From the IMG/VR virus record IMGVR_UViG_3300029641_000003: a stretch of DNA of 64,000 nt. One strand, 5' to 3'. How positions within the stretch are numbered: the first letter of the stretch is position 1; each line of letters opens with the position of its first letter. The notes under the pieces are model-generated. The model was given only the letters and a program-made list of their open reading frames with translations, made no database searches and was not told where the DNA came from. The position numbers and the translations under genes were made by a program. The stretch is from a virus (lineage: Duplodnaviria > Heunggongvirae > Uroviricota > Caudoviricetes). Of this stretch, positions 36,414 to 45,027 are shown in pieces.

Positions 36414-36447
36414 CTAACTTTAAATAATGCCAATTATTTAAAGTTAG
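36414..36447. other. lox-like recombination site (34 bp)
   Basis: CTAACTTTAAATA-ATGCCAAT-TATTTAAAGTTAG: perfect 13-bp inverted arms, 8-bp asymmetric spacer, 150 bp upstream of cre; 9 of 13 arm positions equal to loxP. Confidence 0.65.
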
Positions 36448-36530
36448 AAATCGGGGCTTTTTTCCCAAAAAAAACACCGACCAGATCACTTCGCAAATCC
36501 GTCAGCCATGCGGTAGCCGCTCCTGGTTAC

Positions 36531-36626
36531 ATTTTCTAATAGGAACAATCAAAAAAAAGCGGTTTTATCCTTTACTCACCTTGTTATTCAGCATAAATTT
36601 GTCACAGGACTTTTATGTTAGAAAAC
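36531..36626. promoter_or_regulatory. operator pair flanking promoter of the c1-position gene
   Basis: ATTTTCTAATA (36531-36541) and TGTTAGAAAAC (36616-36626) in inverted orientation. Confidence 0.45.
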
Positions 36627-36643
36627 TAAATCGAGTAGGAATA

Positions 36644-37681
36644 ATGAGTAAGAAGTCGATCGAGAATGAGTACAAACGGTTCCTGCAAACCGCTGAACGG
36701 TGGAAAGAGCTGGTGGTCGCAAACTCTGTTTTCCATGATACCAGTTATGTTGGCGAGGAATTTCGCCATGTTGCATTAACACATGATCCGGCTGTATTAG
36801 AAGAAGCTGAAAAATGCATAGCCGAATGGAAAGCCTTTGTTGATCTGTGTCGCAAGGATGATGACAAAGCCTCAAACATTGTTGAGTCGGTTTATTTACC
36901 GATCCCATTCATTGTTGAGGATACTAATCAGAGTACGCATATCGTTATGCAAAGCGCAACCACAACGAGAACATTTACGCGCGAAGACCTGTTGAAAAAA
37001 TACGATAAAACTATAAAGAAAAGCATGAAAAACAGGATATTTTCACAGGTTGTCGGTGCGCTTGAAGAAGAACGCAGATTCTTCGCCGCTGAACGTGAGG
37101 GCGAGGTATACCGCGCAAGAAAAGAAGGTTATACCGATGTGGTGATTACCACCAATATCGAGGGCAACAATGGACTTTCACGCTTCAGAGTGGGTACGCA
37201 CGGTGCGCTGATCTTTGCCAGAAAAGCAAACACAGAGATTCCCGTTGTTAACAACGTTGGTGAGCGCCGCACCCTTACCATTTACACTGGCATTAAACCG
37301 CTTCCGTGCGGACTTCTCGGCGAATTTGACCTTTATCGGGTTCGTGATCTGGAAAAGCAGCAGCCAAGCTATGTCGTGAAGTCATATATCCTGAGAAACA
37401 TTGATATCCGCAATCAGAGTTTAAAAAACAAATCAGATAAAATGCTGGCCGAAGCCGATCCAGCCATACACCAGATCGTTAGCCGGAAAATTCAAGAGGC
37501 TAAAGATGCAATGGCAAGGCTGGATAAAATGGACCTGGAACTACTGGAAGTTATGATTGCCTCCGGCGATGACCTGACAGGCATCCGCCTTACTGAAGCC
37601 AGGAAAAAATACGGTAAAAGCGTTGAAGAACGCTATGGGTACACATTCACACAAACGATGTACGCGGCAAAACTCTGGTAA
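36644..37681 (+). CDS. candidate primary repressor (occupies the c1 position between lox and pacB)
   Basis: 345 aa, AGGA RBS; convergent with pacB and divergent from cre as c1 is in P1; homology to C1 not verified. Confidence 0.35.
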   Translation: MSKKSIENEYKRFLQTAERWKELVVANSVFHDTSYVGEEFRHVALTHDPAVLEEAEKCIAEWKAFVDLCRKDDDKASNIVESVYLPIPFIVEDTNQSTHIVMQSATTTRTFTREDLLKKYDKTIKKSMKNRIFSQVVGALEEERRFFAAEREGEVYRARKEGYTDVVITTNIEGNNGLSRFRVGTHGALIFARKANTEIPVVNNVGERRTLTIYTGIKPLPCGLLGEFDLYRVRDLEKQQPSYVVKSYILRNIDIRNQSLKNKSDKMLAEADPAIHQIVSRKIQEAKDAMARLDKMDLELLEVMIASGDDLTGIRLTEARKKYGKSVEERYGYTFTQTMYAAKLW

Positions 37682-37697
37682 TCGCAAACCACCCACA

Positions 37698-37721
37698 AGC
37701 CCCGAATCGCCGGGGCTTTTA
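37698..37721 (+). terminator. intrinsic terminator after c1-position gene
   Basis: AGCCCCG-AATCGC-CGGGGCT followed by TTTT. Confidence 0.55.
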
Positions 37722-39227
37722 AATGTCAATATCAGGAATATCCACTTCTGCCAACACCTGATCGCGGAATGTTGCGAGTTCTGCGCCAATGTCTTCATTA
37801 GCAGGCACGTAATCCACCAGCATAGTGAAGCAGTAGGTATCCCATCTGTCCGGCGACTTGATGTTTAACTTCTGCCGCATGTGCTCCTTGCGCATCATCG
37901 CTACCTTCCCTTCTTCGTTAAGCATATACGGGATTTTTGATGCCTGATCTGCGGTTTTGGGGTCACTATCGATACGCATACGCCCGGATTTAATGGCATC
38001 CCCTGCCATAATATTGGCGTAAGCACGCTGATTGACAAAGCGTTCTCTGTCTCTTAGCGCAAACATAGGCTTACCCCAACGGATGCGAACGGGATTAGCA
38101 CCACGGCGGACAAGCTGCGCACACGTATCTGAACCAAAGCCATCAGCATCCACAGCAATGGTGATGTTCGGGTATTTATCAGGAGTGCATTCGTTATAGA
38201 TAAAGTCGGCAAAAGCCAACGGGTCCATAGTGCCTGGCATCTCCAGTATCTTAAAGTTCACAACGCGTCGTTTCTCACGATAACCGGATACTTTGCATAT
38301 ATTGAGCACCGATTTGTCGCGACCATTACCGACGTCAGCGGTCGCTACCCAGCCCCAATCTTTCTCCAGCAACACTTTACGCCGTGCGGCGCGGTCGCAC
38401 TCATCACGACCAAGCAAATACCCGTTAATTGCACGCGGGAACTGGCCCAGCACCTTAACCATGTACTCCAGCGAATCCCTGCCGCCGTACTCAAGCAATT
38501 TCTCACGAATAAAGCTCGGTTCAACGAATGGTGATTCTTCAGAGTTAAGGACTATTGCCGTCCAGACACCTTCCGGATTGCCTTCTGCCTTTGCCCTTGA
38601 ATGGTGAGATTCATAAAAGTAACCGCTTGGACGCGTAGGCTGGGAAAGCATGAGCATACGGTTATCTTTCTGCGTTAACGCCCCCGTCATGACGTTAATC
38701 GCCTTATCGGATATGCCCGATGCTTCATCAAGGATTAGCAGTAAATGCTCCGCGTGCTCCCCCGCCAGTGCCTCTTCGTTACCGAGTCGATAACCTTTAC
38801 AGAGCACTTCCCATATCCCTTTACGGGAACGCTCATAAAACATGGTGTCAGACAGGACAAAATAGGTCTGTAACCAGCCGTGGCGCTTAACAGCATTCGC
38901 CCAAAACTGTTTCACGTATTTGAATACGCCTGTTTTTACCTGGCCTATTTTGTTCGCAACAATAATGACGCGGGCGTCGGGGAACAGGATCATAAAAATT
39001 AGTAGCAACATCGCGGTAAGGGACGACTTACCCGTTCCGTGTCCGGACGTAACGGTCGTCCTGCTCCCCGTCTCCTGCACTGACTGAATGATCTGCTGCT
39101 GCTGGTGGGAGGGGAACATCCCAAAAATATCGACAACCGCCTGGGTAAAGTTGTATCGATACCTGATAACCATATCGCGCCAACGTGGATCACTGGTGAC
39201 GCACTTAATCTTACGACCACCAGCCAT
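37719..39227 (-). CDS. pacB: PacB terminase large subunit
   Basis: 502 aa; Walker A GHGTGKSS, LLLILDEASGI Walker B, C-terminal nuclease-like region with acidic residues. Confidence 0.85.
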   Translation of the reverse strand: MAGGRKIKCVTSDPRWRDMVIRYRYNFTQAVVDIFGMFPSHQQQQIIQSVQETGSRTTVTSGHGTGKSSLTAMLLLIFMILFPDARVIIVANKIGQVKTGVFKYVKQFWANAVKRHGWLQTYFVLSDTMFYERSRKGIWEVLCKGYRLGNEEALAGEHAEHLLLILDEASGISDKAINVMTGALTQKDNRMLMLSQPTRPSGYFYESHHSRAKAEGNPEGVWTAIVLNSEESPFVEPSFIREKLLEYGGRDSLEYMVKVLGQFPRAINGYLLGRDECDRAARRKVLLEKDWGWVATADVGNGRDKSVLNICKVSGYREKRRVVNFKILEMPGTMDPLAFADFIYNECTPDKYPNITIAVDADGFGSDTCAQLVRRGANPVRIRWGKPMFALRDRERFVNQRAYANIMAGDAIKSGRMRIDSDPKTADQASKIPYMLNEEGKVAMMRKEHMRQKLNIKSPDRWDTYCFTMLVDYVPANEDIGAELATFRDQVLAEVDIPDIDI

Positions 39228-40591
39228 TAGTCATCCTCCGGCTGGTCTATCGCAATCTCGTCATCTACAGCATCAAAACCGGTATCCCCCGCGTCATAAT
39301 CACCGTAGATATCAGCCGTGGCGGAAGGGTCTATATTCAGGTCTTCATCATTGGCCTCAAATTCACCGGCTTTACGTTCTCCGTTCCGGTCGTAATCCCC
39401 CATCCCAAGCCTATCAACGATTTTCGCTACTTCAGCCCGGCGTTGTGCAAGCCATTGTGGGAGTCCAGCTTGTTGCTCGGCAAACTGCTTCGCCTCTTTA
39501 TCCAGTTGCTCATCATCAACATCGTTAACGTCAGAAACCGGAGGCTCCAGAAGTGAGATCGCTTTTGCCGCTCGTGCCGCCAGGATAGCCGGGACACTGA
39601 CGCCCTGCCGCTCGATATATTCAGCAACACCTATATCATCCAGCTCCTCGCGCTCACGCATACGTATAGCGGCGGCGATAACTCTGGCGGCGCGTGCGTC
39701 AGCGCCAATGCGATACTCAATCTCCTTGCCACGCTGCTCGGCTTGTAGGCGGGCAATCGCCAGTTTTTCTCTGGCCTCAGCCTCCCTGAATGCCTGCTGA
39801 CGCGCGCCCTGCGCAAGTTTTTCATCCCCCTGGCGTAGCTTCTGCTCGTTCTGATAGATGGCTGCCAGCCTGGTGATAAAGTCATTCATGTAGTAGGCAG
39901 CATCGCTGATCAGTCCGAGAAGACGTTGCCCTGGATGCATCCCCTCTGGCTGTGTATCACCGAGGGCATCAATCTCTTCCTGTAGTCGCTCCGCTTCCTG
40001 GTCAACGATAGCCTGATACTGAATTGCTCGTTCCTGCGCCATCTGTATCGCAAGTCGTAAATGTTCAGTCGCGCCGTTCTTCATCATCTCGCGGGCGACG
40101 TTGGTGGCAGGCAAAGTGGCGCTTTGAGCTGATGAATCAGGGATCATTTGCAATGATCCCTTGTTTCGTTGGGCTTTTTCGCTGCTTTTAGGGATCATTT
40201 CTCCCATTTCATCACAAAATGATCCCTTTACATCCTTGTGTATCTTGTTGTTATTATTTGGCTTTTCTTTGTGATCCGCATTTTGTTTTTGCGGCATGGC
40301 GCGGAACCGTCCACCAGCTAACGGTTTGTCAGTTTTTGTAAATTCTGTGCTTTTATCAGCCTTTTTTTGCTCTTTTTTTGAGCCGGTGGCGCTGCTTTTT
40401 GCGCGCTGTTTTGTACTTTTCCCGGCAGCCTTAGCTTTCGCCTTAACCTCATTTTTTTTCATATTGAGATGCTTTCTGGCGGTGTTAAAGCTGAGGTCAT
40501 GCTGCTCGCAATATTCTTTTATGGTGATCCCGGTTTCTTCTCTTAACTCCAGGAACTTAGCTCGATGCGCTTCCCAGTTAATTAACGTCAT
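39227..40591 (-). CDS. pacA: PacA terminase small subunit
   Basis: N-terminal HTH (ITIKEYCEQHDLSFNTARKHL), start overlaps lpa-like stop, stop overlaps pacB start; pac-like GATC cluster inside 5' third. Confidence 0.7.
   Translation of the reverse strand: MTLINWEAHRAKFLELREETGITIKEYCEQHDLSFNTARKHLNMKKNEVKAKAKAAGKSTKQRAKSSATGSKKEQKKADKSTEFTKTDKPLAGGRFRAMPQKQNADHKEKPNNNNKIHKDVKGSFCDEMGEMIPKSSEKAQRNKGSLQMIPDSSAQSATLPATNVAREMMKNGATEHLRLAIQMAQERAIQYQAIVDQEAERLQEEIDALGDTQPEGMHPGQRLLGLISDAAYYMNDFITRLAAIYQNEQKLRQGDEKLAQGARQQAFREAEAREKLAIARLQAEQRGKEIEYRIGADARAARVIAAAIRMREREELDDIGVAEYIERQGVSVPAILAARAAKAISLLEPPVSDVNDVDDEQLDKEAKQFAEQQAGLPQWLAQRRAEVAKIVDRLGMGDYDRNGERKAGEFEANDEDLNIDPSATADIYGDYDAGDTGFDAVDDEIAIDQPEDD
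40139..40226. other. candidate pac packaging site with four GATC heptamers
   Basis: GGGATCATT-TGC-AATGATCCC palindrome (40140-40160) and GGGATCATTT...AAATGATCCC (40190-40227), two pairs flanking a 30-bp core inside pacA. Confidence 0.5.
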
Positions 40592-40980
40592 AGGGAAGCC
40601 TCACGTTTTTTCACAGCGGCGTTCCATAGCTGGTTAGTCATCGCCACCAACTGACGCTGCTCCTTTCGTAATTGAGCTTCTATCTTTCGGTTGGTGTTTT
40701 TCACCAACAGCCGACCGAATTCAGGAGTGCGCCCGCGCACCTTGAACTGGTATCCATTCAGGCCATGTAACCAATATTTCCGGGGGTATACGCGGTCGTC
40801 TATTTCGCAAATGGCACGACTGGAACGAACAAAAAAACGTATGATGTTATTTACGTTTACGCGCGACACATGAAGGTGAGGATATTGTGCTTTTGCACGG
40901 CTGGTGATTTCGGTGACCGTCAGATAGCAGTCAGCCCTGATCATGATATCCGCTATTTCGGCGCTACTGATTTGCTCCAT
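40588..40980 (-). CDS. Lpa-like late promoter activator (by position upstream of pacA)
   Basis: 130-aa ORF overlapping pacA start; operator pair 70 bp upstream. Confidence 0.4.
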   Translation of the reverse strand: MEQISSAEIADIMIRADCYLTVTEITSRAKAQYPHLHVSRVNVNNIIRFFVRSSRAICEIDDRVYPRKYWLHGLNGYQFKVRGRTPEFGRLLVKNTNRKIEAQLRKEQRQLVAMTNQLWNAAVKKREASL

Positions 40981-41047
40981 TTATCCCCCGGATAGAAAAA
41001 GACCGAGGGGATGATAATCAGCTTGTTAATACTGAGAAGACTGTCAA

Positions 41048-41078
41048 AAACATGATGTATTAGAAAATTAATATTAAT
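41048..41078. promoter_or_regulatory. operator pair TATTAGAAAAT ... AATTTACTAACAC
   Basis: Inverted motif-family half-sites upstream of lpa-like gene. Confidence 0.45.
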
Positions 41079-41087
41079 TTACTAACA

Positions 41088-41471
41088 CTACCAGCGGGAT
41101 AAACGAACAACATGCTTAACTTTTGCCTCCCACTTCCCTTTATGTTTGTTGATCACCGCCTGGGCCATCTTCAGACTGGCTTCAAAATCGGCTTTTCGAC
41201 CACTATTACCCACCAGCAACGCTCCGTCTATTTCAGGTAAGCATAAGTAATCCTGCTCGACGGTAAGCGGCATTGATGATGTAACCTGGCAGGCTTTCCA
41301 TCTGAAGCGTATGCGCACACTCCTGACTGACATCACGACATAACCTGATATTGTGCTCTTGTGTCCGGCGTCTGTGCGTGTAGCCTTGCATGATGTTATC
41401 TTGCAGGTGATAATGTCCCAACCAATGTGCATCGCATCCTCAATGCGTAATTTAGTAGCCTCGTACATCAA
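41088..41471 (-). CDS. hypothetical protein (127 aa)
   Basis: ATG ORF overlapping next gene by 4 nt. Confidence 0.4.
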   Translation of the reverse strand: MMYEATKLRIEDAMHIGWDIITCKITSCKATRTDAGHKSTISGYVVMSVRSVRIRFRWKACQVTSSMPLTVEQDYLCLPEIDGALLVGNSGRKADFEASLKMAQAVINKHKGKWEAKVKHVVRLSRW

Positions 41472-42043
41472 AAAACCTCCCAGTCAGTAGCGATAATATC
41501 AACACCAGTTGCAAACCAGTCTGTCTGTGCCTGTAAATCCCCATTCATCATTACCAGGCGAGGCATAACCATCACATCACAACCTTCAACAATATCGAAT
41601 GCCTCTTCCGGCAGGAATTCGACGAGCTTTTCTTTGCTGCCAACACTGCCACGGAGCATCGATATATAGCTCCCTTTAGGCCATGATGTTCGCCGGGCAT
41701 CAAGCCCCTTCATCATCCAGTAAAAGGCCGATGAGAACGGGATGTTCTTTTTGGCGATGAGCACGTTATTCGCTTCTGTGTACTTCAGGAACTTAATTAA
41801 CCTTACCATTGACTCGGATAACGCAATGTACGGCTCATGATTGATTGCTGACACGCTTACGCCGTGCAGTCCAACACTTACCACAGTCATATCACCGTTC
41901 TGTGCGGTTTCGATGTTGACGCCTTTACGAACTAACGCTGCATAAAGCTCCTCGCGCTTTTGCGTCCAGCATTCTCGTCGCCCTATAAAGTCACTCAAAA
42001 CGAGATCATCTTCTGAATACGCGTTATCGTTCGCCGTTAACAT
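41468..42043 (-). CDS. hypothetical protein (191 aa)
   Basis: ATG ORF; no recognised motif. Confidence 0.4.
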   Translation of the reverse strand: MLTANDNAYSEDDLVLSDFIGRRECWTQKREELYAALVRKGVNIETAQNGDMTVVSVGLHGVSVSAINHEPYIALSESMVRLIKFLKYTEANNVLIAKKNIPFSSAFYWMMKGLDARRTSWPKGSYISMLRGSVGSKEKLVEFLPEEAFDIVEGCDVMVMPRLVMMNGDLQAQTDWFATGVDIIATDWEVF

Positions 42044-42497
42044 AACGTCTCCTTTTTTACACGCGCGACTATCCCCCGGCTGAACCGGTAGTGACGTCGT
42101 AACTTCGTATTAATTAAGGGTTACAGCCTGAGCGGCTATATGATGAATTGAAAGGAGTTGTGGCGGTGGTGCCTCCACCTGCCAGGTTAGCCACGCCCGG
42201 CGACGACACTTATCAGAACGTAGTGAATGAAAATGGCTTCGTCACGAGCGCATAGCCGCAATTACCACAACGGAGAAGGCGCTCGTATTAATTAAACACC
42301 TTTTCCTGTTGTACGCCGTGCTATTCCGGCTGTCACACCGAATCGCCAGGATGGTGAGTCCCTGAGTCCGCTATCCCTCCAACGGTGACTTGCACATTCC
42401 GGCTACCTGGTGTGCCCATGCAGTGTTAGTAAGGCACCTAACAGCTACACCAGACCGCTAACGACGCATGTGCCATACGCCGTGTTACAACCAAATG

Positions 42498-42573
42498 TGG
42501 TGGCCCCTACCGGACTTGAACCGGTGACCGTGCGATTATGAGTCGCCCGCTCTAACCACTGAGCTAAAGGGCC
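42498..42573 (-). tRNA. tRNA-Ile (anticodon CAU, ileX-like)
   Basis: 76 nt GGCCCTTTAGCTCAGTGGTTAGAGCGGGCGACTCATAATCGC...GGTTCAAGTCCGGTAGGGGCCACCA; cloverleaf with CAU anticodon and encoded CCA; near-identical to E. coli ileX as recalled. Confidence 0.8.
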
Positions 42574-42710
42574 AGATTACTGTTAATTACGCTTACGCTT
42601 TTTGCCAGAACCGCGTAAGGCTTTTGCCGCTTGCTCTACCCCGTATGCAACCACCAGCAGAAACAATAATGTCCACTCCGGGTTTTTATCGGCAAACGCC
42701 CAAAAATTCA

Positions 42711-42944
42711 TCACTTACAGCCACCTTGCATTTCCTCGGATAATTCATTGACTTTAGTGCTCAATAAGTAATCAAAGTAAAGATAAAACACAAAAGTAAC
42801 GATAGTGCTTAAAGTGTCTGAAATTGCGTATTTCAGCTCAGGAAGCATGACAAAGCAGACAAATAGCGGAAGAAATAACTGCACTATGCACAGACTCTCC
42901 TTCCACAACCATCTATATCTGAAGTCTGACAACAAAAACTCCAT
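42711..42944 (-). CDS. small membrane protein (77 aa)
   Basis: Hydrophobic segments; stop overlaps start (TGATG) of a further 41-aa hydrophobic ORF at 42583-42711. Confidence 0.35.
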   Translation of the reverse strand: MEFLLSDFRYRWLWKESLCIVQLFLPLFVCFVMLPELKYAISDTLSTIVTFVFYLYFDYLLSTKVNELSEEMQGGCK

Positions 42945-43194
42945 TGCTTGAAACTTTATTAGATTGCGGTGCCTGGTGCCTCCAGGTGACGTTAACCAGT
43001 TAACAATTAACGCCGGGATGTTTGACTTAACTATTAAGGAAAATTGTTTTAACTGTTCCGCGTGCGCTTAGCCGCATTCACCGCAATGGTAAGAGCATTT
43101 GGCTGGCTGGGCGGCGATGACGCCTGTACGCATTTGGTGATCCGGTTCTGCTTCCGGCATTCGCTTAATTAGCCAAATACTCTTAACGTTGCGC

Positions 43195-43281
43195 TGGCGG
43201 AGAGTAATGGAATCGAACCATCATCGCTTGCGCAATGGGACGGTTTTCAAGACCGCTTGAGCACCATGCTCCCTACTCTCC
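43195..43281 (-). tRNA. tRNA-like gene, type II (long variable arm), possible tRNA-Ser(UGA)
   Basis: GGAGAGT/ACTCTCC 7-bp acceptor stem, discriminator G plus CCA, T-arm GATGG-TTCGATT-CCATT, anticodon loop CTTGAAA; D-arm atypical. Confidence 0.4.
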
Positions 43282-43529
43282 AGTGATTGTGGTGGTCGGT
43301 ACTGATCTCCGACTGCGCCTCTTTTTTTCATAGCCCATAAGGCCGGTCAGTGCGCTTGATGACTGAGGCATCGATATTTACTACGCCGCCTCGTTGCCAT
43401 AGGGCGGACTTGCGCGCCAGCAACGCGCATTCACCACAACGGAAAGAGCATTTATGGCTCGCATCGCGGGAAGCGGGAAAAAACCCACGGTAGAGAGTCG
43501 AACTCTACAAATGCTCTTACCTGTTGTGT

Positions 43530-43605
43530 TGGTGCCGGTTAACGGACTCGAACCGCTGACATCCTGCTTACAAGGCAGGCGCTCTACCAACTGAGCTAAA
43601 CCGGC
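43530..43605 (-). tRNA. tRNA-Thr (anticodon UGU)
   Basis: GCCGGTTTAGCTCAGTTGGTAGAGC...CTTGTAA...GGTTCGAGTCCGTTAACCGGCACCA canonical cloverleaf. Confidence 0.85.
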
Positions 43606-43607
43606 AT

Positions 43608-43682
43608 TGGCGATGGTGGATGGATTCGAACCACCGACCAGTTGGTTAACAGCCAACTGCTCTACCACTGAGCTACACCATC
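43608..43682 (-). tRNA. tRNA-Asn (anticodon GUU)
   Basis: GATGGTGTAGCTCAGTGGTAGAGC...CTGTTAA...GGTTCGAATCCATCCACCATCGCCA; 2 nt from tRNA-Thr. Confidence 0.85.
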
Positions 43683-44995
43683 ACTTGCCGGGTACGTCTC
43701 CGGCGAGGGCTTCCACCTCCGTATGCTTTTCGGCGCACCGCGCCCTGGCTGCAATTCGGTAACAGGGGATGCACAACCCTGGCTTCCAGCGTGATTAGCG
43801 CCTTCAGCATGACGGGATATACCCGTTACAAGACATTATTCCAGAAAGCCATTAACCAATGGCTGTTACGCGGAAAGGACGTAACAGGTAAGGGCGCTGA
43901 CCAGAAAGACCTGACCCTTCTCATTCATCTGGTTAATCACACCAGCGCCCTTGCCTGTTATGCCTCCCCGTTCCCTAATACACAGACGGGGACACTCTGC
44001 GGTCGATTTTTTGACGGGGGACGACTCATACCCCGTGGTGTCAGGCTTCTTAGGCCGCTACCATCATCAGATCATCGTTTGCATTTACTTTAATGGTCGG
44101 GTTCTAAACCGCCGCAAAGTCGCTAACCATGACGAAAACACTGAAAAAACACCCACCCGAAGGTGGGCAAATATCCCACTCGCGGTATTGCCACTTAGGC
44201 GTATGGTCAACCTGGCAACTCGGTGTCCTCAACGGGGAAGGAATAACCCCGCCATACTTACCGCCGCGCCTGTCGCGGTTATCGCTACGTATCAACATAA
44301 AAGCCGACTGCCTGAGCAAGATTCACTTTCAAAGGCCCGCAGAAAGGAATCCATAGTCGGCTTTTATCTTGAAGCGGCTCTCTCTCCGCCCGTCACCGCT
44401 CTGTCTCGGTTGTCACGTTTGCCACGCCAGCCGTAACGAGGTTTAAAGTCTTTGCACGTTTCCATCACTCGACTGCCGTCTGTGGCTGTTCGTTGCAGCG
44501 GGGGTGCCTCCCCCTGGGGATATCCCCGGCCTTACCCCATTCTTTCAAGACACAATGCAAGGCCACATCCGCATAGGTGCATTACCGCAACGTTAAGGAG
44601 ACTCAGAGTCAGCAAAATAAGAGGAAAACCCAACTCTGCGCCTCCTTAACGTTGAGGATGTGCACTGATGATGACCCGATGCAGCCTGGCCCACTTAACA
44701 TACTCACTGCCAGATCATCATCAATGAACACCATAAAAAGACCTTCCGTGGCTCAAGTCACTGTCGTTTACTCCGTAAAATGCTCTCGCTGAAACCACTT
44801 TACGCACTAAACCTGCCGGGCATGTATTTGCACGGTGCCGGAGCTTTCCCTTACCTTAAAATTTACTTTCTAACACTTAAATTTGTTTGATGCTGGTGGG
44901 GAAAGACAATGAAGTGACTATCAAACCCGCAAGCGACATGGGAAGCTCCCCACCAGCACGAAAAATTCTATGTTAAGTTAACCCCATAATCAATA

Positions 44996-45027
44996 TGTTA
45001 GAAAAACAATTTTAATTTTCTAACATA
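44996..45027. promoter_or_regulatory. operator: inverted pair ATGTTAGAAAA(N10)TTTTCTAACAT
   Basis: 11-bp perfect inverted repeat; another half-site TTTCTAACAC at 44867-44876. Confidence 0.5.

Noticed and set aside
36581-36643. Upstream extension of the c1-position ORF from ATG 36581
   Set aside because: The extension would overlap the operator half-site and has no ribosome-binding site; ATG 36644 is preceded by AGGA at proper spacing
42097-42118. loxP-arm-like sequence GTAACTTCGTATTAATTAAG
   Set aside because: Resembles one loxP arm (AACTTCGTAT) but has no inverted partner or 8-bp spacer; the credible lox site is the palindrome next to cre at 36414-36447
43381-43668. 95-aa minus-strand ORF overlapping the tRNA genes
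   Set aside because: Translation of the tRNA-Thr/tRNA-Asn sequences themselves (GSNPS, AQLVER artefact peptides typical of tRNA antisense or in-frame reads)
43791-44792. Track ORFs 43791-44093, 43951-44436, 44104-44319, 44129-44356, 44452-44649, 44577-44792
   Set aside because: Arg/Pro/His-rich low-complexity products, no Shine-Dalgarno sequences, mutually overlapping in a hairpin-rich region; treated as non-coding
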